Source: Selaginella moellendorffii (taxonomy: Eukaryota > Plantae > Lycopodiophyta). Taken from it: DNA of 64,000 bases. Shown piece by piece: positions 1 through 12,178 of the stretch. The DNA lies in the NCBI RefSeq assembly GCF_000143415.4, contig NW_003314290.1, forward strand, positions 1,413,244 through 1,477,243, in the 5' to 3' direction. The notes beneath the pieces were generated by a model. The model was not told the origin of the DNA, searched no databases, and worked only from the letters and a program-made list of their open reading frames with translations. Both the position numbers and the translations under genes were made by a program. Numbering within the stretch: position 1 is the first letter of the stretch; each line of letters starts with the position of its first letter.

Positions 1-23
1 ATTAACATATTATCTAAGCAAAG

Positions 24-30
<7 letters not shown>

Positions 31-55
<25 letters not shown>
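31..55. repeat. (TA)n microsatellite
   Basis: Direct TA dinucleotide run. Confidence 0.9.
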
Positions 56-1643
56 CCAAACCTTACACCATCCTCCCTTTTAAAATATGAAAAGGTGATA
101 ACAATAAGTCAAGTGGACAATTATAAAGTACTATAAGAATCTGAAGCTCTCACAAAACCACCAACATAGTTGTTAATAAATATAACTAAAACAAAACCCA
201 AAGGCATAGCACAAACATTACTTAATTATGGAACCTTTATGAATTAATTACAACTCTATGTGCAACTACTAAATTGTTGAATTAACCCCAAAGCCATAAC
301 TTTGAATAAAAACAAGGGACTTTGAGAGTTAATGTAGTTTATAAAGCACTATTGCAATAACTAATATATCCTATTTTTAAGTCTGCCTATTAATGATTTT
401 CTAAAATTATTGTTAACTCAAACTCACTACCATAAGCAAAACTTGCCTTTGCATCTTCCCTTCAATCAACATCTAAAAACTCAAACTCACAACTTTGTTT
501 ACCATTACACATAAAAGGTTTGACTCACTTCATTTATCCTTTATATCATCTTTATCCCTTTCTCAAAGGAAAAAAATTGTGAAGCATTAACTTTGTTTTG
601 ATTTACATTTATCCTCACTCTACTATTTATATTCAGCTTCACTCTATTATCACATTTATTCAGCCTCATTACATCAAGGCTAAATGTTTTATTTGGACTT
701 ACTATGTTTGTCCTTACTTCACAATTTATGTCATTCGTCTTTGTTCCATTATTGTATCTGTTTGTCCTCACTCTATTATCGGGGGCCGAATTTTGTCTCT
801 GAAGAAAAAATAATTTGAAGTGTTAGAGCAAAGAAGAGAAAATGAGAAAAATTGGGGTGTAAAAGAAGAAAAAGTGGATGAAAAAGCATTGAAAGAGGAA
901 TTTTAAACAGTTGTCAAAATATAAATAAGGAGAAAGGGCATAAATATGATCAAAACCTAGATATTAGGGTATTTTGGCCACTATAAAATAAACAAAAGAT
1001 TCACACTATTCAACCTCCTTAACACACAACTCAACACTTAAGAAAAATTAATAAAAAAGTTTACACTCTCAAAGTAATACATAAATTTTGTAGTAGCAAT
1101 AATAAAATAAAAGCTTTCAATAGCATTCTCGACCAGAGCCATACACTCAACCTAAAACTCTGGCCAAAGTGACTTAACCCTTGCAACAAAGGAATATTTA
1201 ATGCCAGAAATCAAAGATAGAAAACACTCAACTCAACACTAGATTGAGAATGATAATTATAAAAGTCATAAATGATTGACATACCATGAAAAACAAACAT
1301 TGCAAATAAAGAAGAAACACTAGAAATATAAAAAGGTGGCTCAAGCTAAAAAAATAAAAAGGTTAAAATTCTAGATTTTGTAAAAAAGTAATATAGATCT
1401 AAATTTAAAAGAGAATGAAGAAATAAGAACAAAAAGGAATACTAGAGTAAAACATTGTCAAAAAGTTTTACCCTTCAAGGATAAATTATAATGTTCCTCA
1501 CCTCCACCAATTAAAAATAAATATATTAGGTTTAAACCCTTATTTATATAAAAGAATGGATGGCCCAAATTTAATCCTAAATAGACTTGTTGAGGTCTAG
1601 GATGGTAGTGAATATACCTAGAATATGCTTAGATATTCTAGAA

Positions 1644-1825
1644 TATTCTACCATCAAATGGTTGTTATTCATTTAGATTAATCTTGTATTTATAATTTAT
1701 AAATATATTTATGATTATACTTTCTTAAACACTTTTTAATTTTTTTTTTTATTCTACCATCTAATGGTTGATATGCAATAAGATTAATCTTGTGTTTATA
1801 AATTATAAACATATTTATAATTATA
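1644..1825. repeat. Degenerate ~75-bp direct repeat in AT-rich intergenic DNA
   Basis: attctaccatc(a/t)aatggttg...agattaatcttgt.tttata..ttataaa occurs at ~1645 and ~1751. Confidence 0.6.
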
Positions 1826-2062
1826 AATTTTTATTTGATCAATTGGATTAATAAGTAAGAATAACACTACTATCAAACAAACCAAACATTAACGCATAAC
1901 AAATTATTATATACATATATTTATAAACCTTACAAAATGTTTATAAATATCATTCTTATAGATGTTTTAAAATAAAGATATATTTAAGACCTTATTAGCA
2001 GAAGAGTGTCACTAACTAGTTTTTAGTAGAGAAGCAGTGAAATTGTCATTAGAAACCTCACT

Positions 2063-5000
2063 CTAAGCATTATATTGCAAGTCGATACGTTGCCTCGTAT
2101 CTGGAGGTTGCCAGCAGCAACCGATGGACCAATTCAAGATCCCATCGATCATATCCATACTGGAGCATGCTTCCCACTAGCCAAAACAAAGGCATGAAGT
2201 ATGAGCCAGTAATTGGTATTTCTCAAACTTACCAGATTATCCGTGCTACCTTCAATGTGGAAGAGCATCGTCCCTAATCCCTTCACCCCATCTGTTTCAG
2301 CCTAATGACAGACAATGTGTGATAATATGCGAGAAACTCCAGGCTCTTAAGTCTTACCACACAGGCGCAAATTAAGATCCCAGCTCCGCCTAAAGCTCCT
2401 GTTACTTCCGCAAGAATGTCTGATAAACACCTCTTCTTAGCGGAGAAAAAGCAAGGACAGGAAAACAGCTTACTTCTTCGATCCATGCAGCAAATGCTGA
2501 ACCATTGCACAGAGCTTCCCAGGCATTGCCAGTTCTTTAGCCGGCCAATCAACCAGTCTTCTCGACTTCGGCTGGCGTCCGTTACGTTGTTAATGTAAGT
2601 ATACGTTCTCTGGCTGTCCGAGGCAGCACTCCCAATAACGCAAGTCCCTCGTCCCAGTTTACCGGCTAGCTCGCCCCTCTTGGCGTGCTTCCCGTTGATC
2701 ATCCGTCCACCGTACATCATAGCGTCTTGGACTGGCAGCAACTTGGCAGCGTAGGGATTCGAAGTAGCCAGATCGTTCATGCTGAAGTGTCCACTAAAAC
2801 TGGCCATAGCCCGATCCCGATCCCTGTCCTCGTCAGTCACTGGATGTCCTTCCCCGCTAGTAAGCTCTTCGGAGTTGGAAAGGAACTTTTTAACAGCGTC
2901 AGCTGTCAGCTCTATCGCGGATAGAAGTGCCTGTTCCTTCAGAAACTTCGTCAGCTTGTGTCTGGCGCTTCTCGTCCTCGCAAAATGCAGCCACCGCTTG
3001 TGCCGTAAGAATTGCTTCTTGTTTGATAGGCCCTGACGTTGCAAGCAACGAAACGTTGAAGAGGCGAGATAAAAGTGAACTTTATTACCTCATATGTCAA
3101 AATCTCCACCACCTCGGCATTTGATAAAACGTGTGTTGGCGATACAAGGTTGCCATTGACCTGACAAAACAAATACATGAATTGATAGACAGTAAGATTT
3201 AGCTTACCTTTGCTCCAACCATCTTGTTGCCAACATCCGCATGCAATTGGTACGCGTAGTCCACAACTGTTGCGCCTCTTGGAAGATTTTTGATCTGCGC
3301 AAAGCCAAACCTTAGCAACGTGGTGATGGTTACTAACTATCCAGCTAACCTCTCCCTTTGGAGTAAATACAAAAACTCGGCTCCCCAGTAGATCAACAGT
3401 CACAGTGTCAACAAACTCCCTTGAGGTCATATTACCAACAAATTCTTCTTGCCATTGTCGGATAGAGTTCAGCCAGCTAACCTGAGAAAGAAACAGTTAA
3501 GTATACTTCAGGAAAGAGAAGATCTGCGTCCCTACACTTCTATACCCTGCGAGCAAGATCTGCAGCATTCAAACAGTTAGATTGTTGCCTTGAACCATTT
3601 ATAGCTGGTGTTAAGGCTATGCTTCCACTGAAGTGCACGGCAATGCCATACTGCGCAATTTTGTCCATTTTGTCTGTTCTAATCTGCAAACAAAAGTTTT
3701 TAAGAAAATAGACCAACATAGCAACTATTAAGCACCTGAATTTCCAGCGGGAAAAATGTCTTTGAACCAAATGGGATGACTTTAGTGTGTAGACTTTGGT
3801 AGCCATTGGGTTTTGGGGTAGCAATGTAGTCTTTCATCTGAGCACGAATTTTAAGTTCAGTGGCATTACAAAGAAAAACTTACGGTTTGCGGTACAGGAG
3901 ACCATAATGTGTGTACCAGTCCGAGAACATGATAGCAGACCTGCAGCAATCATTTCAAATTACCAAAAACAAACCGATAATAGACACGATACTTGTTTGG
4001 CACTGCACAGACGATCGATGGAATCCGGCTTCGGCTGCAGCACAATCCTCACCTGTAACACAGTGGAAATTCAGGTGGCATAACCGGTAAATATTACTAC
4101 CTGAGCAACGTCTCCAGCTTCTTCTAGATTTTTCTTTTTCTTGTATATGCTGCATGCAAACCCGCTCCTTCACAATTCCAATACGTATTTTGAAACAATA
4201 CCTATAAAGGTCTTTACATAAAGTAAAAATGTTGACACCATCAATTACATGAGAAAGAAATTGATCGCTTTGCACAGACTTTACCAACGCATTTTTGGCC
4301 TGTTCACAACGTGTCAAGAACACAACAAAGACAAAACAAACTTACCTGCAAAATCAGATCGCTTTGACTTTTAAAATGCTTCTCGACTTTTTTTTTCATG
4401 TCAATATAATCTGCAGGATACGCATACATAAAAGATAGCTCTTCCAGTTCTGACTGAATGAAAAAAGAGCACGTCATTGTTAGGACCAAGACCAAAAAGT
4501 GCATTTCAGTACCTTGATTTTATGTATACCTAGCAATCTAGCCAATGGTGCAAAAACCTGAAGCGTTTCAAGAGCAATATGCCTCTGAAGAAATAAGTGT
4601 TAGCACCGTGAGCTCGCTTAAAGTGAACGCCTAACTTGTTTGTGTTCTGGCATGAACGACAACGTGCGCATATTGTGCAGTCTGTCAGCAAGCTTCACAA
4701 CGATCACGCGCACCTAAAATAAATAAAGGCAGTGATGAGATGACAAAGATTTAAAAAAATCAAGTACAGAACCTCCTCTGTCATTGCAAGAAACATCTGT
4801 CGCAAATCGTCCGCCTGAGCATCCTGTACTGCAGCCTGAGAATCAGAAAATTGAATCTTTCCCAGCTTAGAAACCTGCAGATTTGAATCAGTTGTATTTG
4901 TATTCTTTTCAAAAGATGTTACCCACGACGTACCTTCGTTTCACCTTCGACGATCCTGCGGACATTAAAACCAAACTCTTCCTCTAGCTTTTCAAAAGTT

Positions 5001-5833
5001 ACAAAGTCCGTGTCCTCCACAGTGTCGTGAAGAAGTCCAGCCGCAATAGTTTCCCAATCCATTTCCTAGGCATGTACGTAAGCGTGAAGCTAAAAACGGC
5101 TTCTGAACTACTTACAAGCTCGCCAAGTATACGTCCGACCTCAACCGGATGGATGATGTAAGGCTCACCACTCCGCCGTTTTTGCCCGTCGTGTGCATCG
5201 AAAGCCAACTGCTAAAGTACTGAGCCAAAAGAAAAATCCGTGCATATCTTCGTACCTTTAGAGCTTCTTTCACCCTGTTAAGTTCTCCTTGCGAAAGGTA
5301 AGAGATGCTAGTCCGCAGTTTCTGGTGGCGTGAGAAATCAAGAACTAGATACAAGAAAACTCAGGAAGAACTTACATCCCATAGTGAACTGAATCCATAT
5401 TCCTCGGAGGTATCCGATCCATTGTGAACACGACAGCTCCGCAGCCTTTTATAAGCGTAAGACTTCTACGAGAGCACGCTTTTCTCAGAGATAGAAGAGA
5501 TTGATGGGAAACTTTACGCACCTTTAGAATAGCAGCTGTTCGAAGAAATCCCCTTCTCGACTTAATTTCAGTCTGGAGATGAGAATCAGCGGTGTTGGCT
5601 AGATTGCCAGTGAGTTGCCGGGGAGCAATCCATGCAGAGATTGTACAGCAACACCTTCTACAGCTCGGAGCTGCCTCCACCAATGCTGAGGACAAGAAAA
5701 TGCAGTGAGCGCTAGCTCATCGACAAGAGCGCCATTCCTCGAACCTGGATAGTGAGCCGCGCATGCCATATCCCTGCGATCGATGTGGATTCCAATTCCT
5801 CGTCACGGTGGAACCGGCGGCCGGATGCAGCAT
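2063..5833 (-). CDS. RSH1: RelA/SpoT homologue RSH1 ((p)ppGpp hydrolase/synthetase, TGS and ACT domains), multi-exon; start codon uncertain
   Basis: Exon translations [41 protein letters not shown] (HD motif), [48 protein letters not shown]...[20 protein letters not shown] (TGS) and the C-terminal ACT-like region; the last exon ends ...LQYNA* at 2063. Confidence 0.9.
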
Positions 5834-6145
5834 GCAAGCAGATTTTCCTCCAAAATCTCCATGCCTGCTACACAATTCGCGAAATGCGATGCCCGGACAC
5901 TGCCCGCGCGCTGCCAATCGCTCGAAAATCCCTAATCGCTCTCTCGCCTTGCGGCATGCACTGCAGCGCCAGGCGAAACAAAATCCAAAACCCTAAGTAG
6001 CGCTTCTCTGTTCTAGGTCGAGCACGAAGGACGTGTGTGTGTGGACTGCCCAAGCATGGCCATAGGCACACGTAGATATTTGCAAGGAGCGTGTGGACTG
6101 TGGAGTATGGTGTTCGATCCCTGCCCATGGCAAACCATGAATTTA

Positions 6146-6306
6146 GCATATTCCACCGCAAATAGCGGTAGTATCTCCGCATATTCTATCATATGATTCA
6201 AGTGGAGTGAGGTGTTCGATACCTCATATAGATAAGTTTTTTACAATTTGCATATTCCACCGCAAATTCTCGCGGTGGTATATTCGGAGGGCCATTTGGC
6301 ATATTC
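6146..6306. promoter_or_regulatory. Cluster of five P1BS (GNATATNC, PHR1-type) motifs in the RSH1/ribokinase divergent promoter
   Basis: GCATATTC at 6146, 6179, 6250 and 6299; GTATATTC at 6278. They lie within a degenerate ~110-bp tandem duplication. Confidence 0.55.
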
Positions 6307-6378
6307 CACACATGATTCAACCCCTTCTTCCTCGCGTATTAAAAGCCTAGCTAGGAACAACGAGAAAATTAGATTGAT

Positions 6379-7683
6379 ATGGGCGAGCTTCTACTGGCGC
6401 GGCCGCTGGTCGTGGTGGGATCGGCGAATGCGGACATCTATGTGGAGCTGGATCGAATGCCAAAGGAGGGCGAGACGCTGGCTGCGAGGAATGGACAAAC
6501 TTTACCAGGAGGAAAGGGAGCGAATCAAGCCGCTTGCGCTGCTCGCCTCTCCTTCCCAACGTTCTTCGTTGGCCAGGTATGAGAAAGCGATCTAGATCTT
6601 CGGGAAACTCTAGCTCCTCACGAGGATAAGATCAGAGTTCCTGGAAAGGAAGTACCAAAAAAAAAAAAGGACTGAACACTGTGTCTCGATCTTACAGGTC
6701 GGGAAAGATGGAAATGCGACGATGTTGAGAGATGCACTACAGACCTCTGGGGTTCGCCTCGACTATCTCAACACAGTCTCGGGGCCAACAGGTCATGCCA
6801 TCGTCATGCTCCAGCCGAATGGACTAAACTCCATCGTCATTGTTGGAGGCGCGAACACTGCGTGGAAGAAGCGGACGGGATCGTCGAGCATTCCCGTCCA
6901 GGCCGAGGAAACCATTCGAAAAGCCGGCGCTCTTCTCCTGCAGAGAGAAATCCCAGACGATGTCAACATCGAAGCCGCAAAGGTACTCAAAGTTGAATTT
7001 TTACCGAGTTTCTCTTCTTTGTTCTTCGTTGCGAAGCTCGCTCATACTTCGGTTGCCTTTTTCGGATTGCAAGAGAAGCGGACATTCCCGTCATCATGGA
7101 CGCAGGAGGCTTCGATTCGCCCATTCCGGAAGAACTTCTCAAGTATATCACGGTTTTGAGTCCAAACGAGACGGAGCTTGCTCGTCTCACGAGCATGCCG
7201 ACGGAGACAACGCAGGAAGTCGTCCGTGCTGCAAACAAATGCCTCGACATGGTAATAAAAGAGAGAGCGAGAGAGAAAAAGGAAAAGATCAAACTAAGAA
7301 ACAAACCTTTGTGACAGGGAGTGAAACAAGTTCTGGTGAAGCGAGGAGTTCAAGGCTCTATGCTTGCAAAAGCTGACGAGAGTCCCATTCTCCAACCAGC
7401 GATTCCAGCCCCGGCTGTTGTCGACACTACAGGCGCTGGAGATACTTTCACTGCTGCCTTCACGGTCGCAATTCTCGAAGGCAAAGAGCCAGCCGAGGCC
7501 TTGAGATTTGCAGGTATTGGGAAATCAGTCTTTCGCGTTTTGTTTTTCGACCATCTTGTTCTTGCTGTTGTTTTCTTCTCAGCTGCTGCTGCATCAGTGT
7601 GCGTGAGAGCAAAAGGAGCGATTCCAAGTATGCCGAATCGGAAAGCTGTGGATGAAGTCTTAAAACACGAGCAGTACGTGTAA
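6379..7683 (+). CDS. Ribokinase (pfkB family), multi-exon
   Basis: VVVGSANADI, PGGKGANQA, GPTGHAIV, LLQREIP, SPNETEL and DTTGAGDTF pfkB signatures; GT-AG introns. Confidence 0.93.
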
Positions 7684-7834
7684 ACGAGCCAAAACAATTC
7701 CAAAGAGCTCACAAGCAACAACCAGGAACACTTGAAATGAAAAACAACTCACATGTTTCACCGCAGCTTTAGATTCACAGAGAACTCCTGTCGAAAATCT
7801 CATTACCAAAAAATGTCTTCTAATTGACACCGGA

Positions 7835-8475
7835 TTAGATCTCGGTATGCTTCGGTTTCACTTTCTGTTCTAAGAACTGCTCGATATGCTCCATTTTCCA
7901 ATTGTCAATCCTACAAGGCAAGACGAACGAAAACAAGACGATAAGAATGGGTTTTTCTTTTTCTCTCATCGACACAAACCTGACTGTTTCCTTCTCGTTA
8001 CCATCCTCGTCAAGAAGTATGAGCTTGGGCGACGCATTGAATCGATATTGAGCTTGGACGGCCGGGAATTTCTCCAGCTTGCTCTCGATAAAGGTCTGGA
8101 CGTGGGGGTAAAACATGAGCTTCCTCATACAAACTTCCAAACGAGCTCCAGAGAAAGTAAGCTACAAAATAAAAAAAGAAAAATTAACAGGATTCATTCC
8201 AGAAGAACCCTATACCTTGCTGAGCGACTCCTCGTTCTCTTCAGCGCAGCATTTTCGACAGTCCAATTCCAGCTCTTTGAATCGAATCAAATGAATTCAC
8301 CAATCATGGAAGAACAGCAACAAATTTTACCTTGATCCTTGACGATTTCGGCGAAGGCATCGCAGTCGGAGCAAAGCGCGAGGCCAGTGAACCCTAATTC
8401 CTCACACGTCTTGTCGGCACGGCCACACAATGCGACGGCGCCGAGCACCGCAAGCACCAAAAAATGGAGCTCCAT
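7835..8475 (-). CDS. Selenoprotein F/Sep15-like ER protein (non-Sec plant form)
   Basis: Signal peptide, CEELGFTGLALCSDC Cys-rich domain, LEVCMRKLMFYP thioredoxin-like region, RIDNWKMEHIEQFL and C-terminal HTEI. Confidence 0.88.
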
Positions 8476-8542
8476 GACCTTTTTCCCGAAGCGACTCTGC
8501 TAAACTCCTAGTAATCTTATCCAAATAAACAACAAAAACGAT

Positions 8543-8602
8543 TGCACTGCCCGGGAATCGAACCCGTGCCAGGGAACTATTCTACCGCTAGACCAGCAGT
8601 GT
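8543..8602 (-). pseudogene. Degenerate tRNA-Gly (GCC-type) with internal deletion
   Basis: The minus strand reads ACACTGCTGGTCTAGCGGTAGAATAGTTCCCTGGCAC-GGGTTCGATTCCCGGGCAGTGCA. Acceptor stem, D arm and T arm are present; the 3' anticodon stem and variable loop are deleted. Confidence 0.75.
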
Positions 8603-8847
8603 TTTAGTAAAATGTTAACTATTTATCAAACTGATATGTTTTTCTAGCCTCATAAGCATCGTTTCGGGCTGAGCGAGCTTCTCTGCTTCCTTTCTGACAC
8701 GTTCATCTTTTCTTTGTTGATCAACCCTGTCCGCTGGTCCTATCTATCTACTATCTATCTATCTATCCATCTATATGTCAAAATAAGAATATCTCACCCG
8801 ATTTGGTTTGGTTACTTAATTTGGTTTGAAAAAAAAGAGGGGATCTT

Positions 8848-10348
8848 ATGAAGCAAATGAAAGGAAGATTGCTTATATTTATTATATTTTGTGTGCTCAT
8901 CTTTGCTCTTTACTTCCCTGTGTTTGATTTGATATTGAAAAAGCAAAAGTTTTTGCAATACCTTCGCCAAAATCATCAACAATTTGATCACACAGCTTTT
9001 AATGGTTTACTTCTTGGTAAAGGAAGGGATGATCATTGCAAGTCCCGTCTCGAACAGCACCACTATCGGAGGAAAAGCTCACAATATGTGCCATCACCAT
9101 ACCTTCTCAAAAGGCTTCGAGCATATGAAGAACTCCATGCTCATTGTACTCATGACTATGTTGAAGCTTTCCATCATTTTAGAAGTAATACTAGTGATTC
9201 CCGGTGTAAGTTTATAGTGTGGAAAAGTTATAGTGGTCTCGGGAACAAGATTATCTCCATCACTGCTACTTTTGCCTATGCTTTATTGACAAATAGAGTT
9301 TTGCTGATTGAGCCAGGGCCAGAGAATTACATGGCACAACTATTTTGCGAGCCTTTTCCTACCAGTTCTTGGTTTCTCTCCACAGATTTTCCAATTTATT
9401 TGTTCAATCATGCCAAGCATAGACTTCAGTTTGATAATTGTAAGGGTGATCTCAAAGTTCAAGGGTATGGTTTGATTGAAATTATTGATAGTTTTGATGG
9501 TCTTGGAGATAAGTTTTTCTGTGAGCACGAGCAGCAGATGTTAAGTGAGAAAATCCCATGGTTGGCAATCGTTGTTAATCTTTATTTCATTCCAAGCCTG
9601 TACAACGTTCCAAGTTTCAAGTTAGAACTAGATATGTTATTTCCAGAGCAAGAGACTGTGTTTCACCACCTTGGAAGGTATTTGTTTCATCCCTCAAATC
9701 AAGTTTGGAGTAGAACGGTGAGAATTTATGAGGATTACATGGCTAATGCAAGTAAAGTGGTTGGTATTCAAATGAGATTGCTAGAGCACCTTGGATCTGG
9801 TCATGAACATTTTCTAAACAAGATGATCGACTGTGCTCAAGACAATGGCCTCCTTCCAAAATCCATCAAGTCCAACAATTCAACTCAAGCTTCTAGAATT
9901 CCCACACAATTCATTACTGCTATAGTGACTTCACTTGATGGGATGTACTTTAAGAGGTTGAGAGAACTCTACTTGAATTCTGCAAAAGATGGATCATTAG
10001 TTCGAGTTTTCACTCCAGAGCCAAGAGAATGAGCAAAAGGTTGATAATCAAGAGCATGAAGAGAAAGCACTTGCAGAGATGTTTTTGCTTTCTTTCTGTG
10101 ATGAGCTAATAACAAGTCCTGGATCAACTTTTGGATATGTTGGCCACGGCCTTGCAGGAATAAAGCCTTGGATCCTTGATAACAAGAAGAACTGCTCTAA
10201 GATGGTGTCACTTGAGCCTTGCTTCCATGCGAAAGTTACATATGGATGTAAGTGTATGCCTCCAAAGGATGCTCTTAGTGTTCAACATAATATTCAAAGC
10301 TGCCAAGATGTTACTTGGGGAATTCAGTTAAAATCAATAATATTGTAA
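8848..10348 (+). pseudogene. Intronless xyloglucan alpha-1,2-fucosyltransferase (GT37)-like gene with a 1-nt frameshift
   Basis: N-terminal TM anchor, SGLGNKI, LFCEPFP, TVFHHLGRYLFHPSNQVW and VGIQMR motifs. An extra base near 10018 (cca-g-agc) separates FTP from SQENEQ...KALAEMFLLS...STFGYV in the next frame. Confidence 0.85.
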
Positions 10349-11914
10349 TTTTTCCCACTTCAAAATAATATAACACATTTTTTTTATTCTATGGCCAAAA
10401 TTAATATCATTTTTTAATCCATAAACCTTAGAGGCTTTACAAGGGACAAGATATTACATTATAATATTTATTGTGGCTTTAAGAAGAGATGTTAGGAATA
10501 ACAAAAAAGTTGCTATACTTACTAGTTTACTATTAAATTGTTGATGTCCCTTTTTCCTAATTATGTTTGGTGCACCACAAACCATGCACTATATGATAAT
10601 AGTTAAAAAAAATTTCTTAGCATTGCATTTTTTCCTACTTAACCTCTTAGAACACCTAAGGAAAATGAATTGCAACAATGCAATAGTATTATGAGTTCAA
10701 GAAAAAAATCTCTAAAGAAAGACTCATAGATGGATCACAAAGTTGAGGCATGAATAAAGCCCACAATAGAATATATTAATAAAACTTATTAGGGGTGAAC
10801 ACCTTTTAGATTTAGTAAAGCAAAACATTTGCTATGGAATCAAAAAGATGTATCATGGATTAAAATAATGATTTTATGTTATATGGTGTAACAAAGGATA
10901 AGAATAAAAGATAGATTAATAGCTTGGCTTTGTTATGACAGAATATACAAATAGCACACACAATTGTTTTGATCAAAGGGAGAAGGGAGATGTGAACTCT
11001 TTCATATCAAAATGTTAAGTAATAATGTATTTAGTAACAACTAATTTATATAAAATCTAGGAAAACACTACTAATGTTTTTTTTTTTTTTTTGGTGTGAT
11101 TTGGTTATGTTGTGCAATAAAATCACTATTGCATCTCTTAGCCCTTGAATCATAGGAAGAAAGATTACAAGAGTTAAAATTACAAACACTAGAACATATA
11201 AATATTTATGTGTATTTTCCTTTTTTTGAATGAAAGTGTGACTGAAGATTCATAAATTCTAAATAGTAAACTATGACAAACCCCTTAAGAATGTATTCTA
11301 GAAAAGAACAAAATTTCTCTTTTATATGTAACAAGCTTATATTAATGATTTTTTTCCTTTCAAACAGTTATATGGTTTTATATAGAATTTTATTTCAAAT
11401 TTATTAATTTTAAAATTCTGAAACACTTGACATTTACTAGCTAGAAAGCATAGAGTACAAATTTAAAGAAGTGACAAGGATACTTTTTCTGCAAATATTT
11501 TAGTTTATGTTCTAATAAACATCCCTATTATAGCATGTAGTAAATATTTAAATTGTTAAAACAAGAAGTGTCCTTTAAAACATTTTTATTTATCTAATAT
11601 ATAAAGAGTTGTGAAATTATTAAGTTTGCCATAACCTTAATATTTTAATGTTTATAATGTTCATATTAAAGTATAATTGAAACTTGAGTTCAACTCATGA
11701 GTTTAACTCTTGAACTCGTGAGCTCAAATATAATCCACACTCCAGGTTTTGGAACCGAGATAAACAAACTCTTGCCATAGCATATCTTTAATATGTTACA
11801 AATAAACTCTTGTACCTCTCTTAATCCCATGACGTTCCAAGTTTTAGAGAGCTAGACATTTGTCCATGGAAGTGACTGTCTAGAGATTAAATAGTTTCTA
11901 CACAAAATAAAACT

Positions 11915-11959
11915 TGCACTGCCCAACTTGTGGCAGGGAAACCACTAGACCAGCAGTGC
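11915..11959 (-). pseudogene. Second degenerate tRNA-Gly(GCC) remnant
   Basis: The minus strand reads GCACTGCTGGTCTAGTGGT-TTCCCTGCCAC-AAGTT-GGGCAGTGCA. It has the same acceptor stem as the 8543 copy and an intact CTGCCAC anticodon loop, but the T arm is lost. Confidence 0.65.
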
Positions 11960-12178
11960 CCTTAAATTTATTAATACAAAAAAACGTATTATAATTGCCT
12001 GCGCGTATGTTCTGTGTACATAGCTAATATTATACTAATGGAAAATTATGAATCGTGTTAGCTTCAAAACTGTCCTGCTAGCAGAAAAGAATTACAGTAG
12101 AGCTAACGCTCCATATTTGTACCTGACGTCCAAGGAGAAAAAATTTGTTTGCTAGCTCTCGTACCTCTTTCTGTAATG

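Noticed and set aside
541-813. Short ORFs in the AT-rich left end
   Set aside because: Low-complexity sequence with no recognisable motifs or splice structure; probably decayed repeat DNA.
8110-8145. Selenocysteine in the SelF/Sep15 homologue
   Set aside because: The redox position reads EVCMRKL with no in-frame TGA, so it is the ordinary non-Sec plant form.
10030-10032. Stop-codon readthrough or Sec at the fucosyltransferase TGA
   Set aside because: The downstream homologous sequence is in a different frame, so the lesion is a frameshift and not readthrough.
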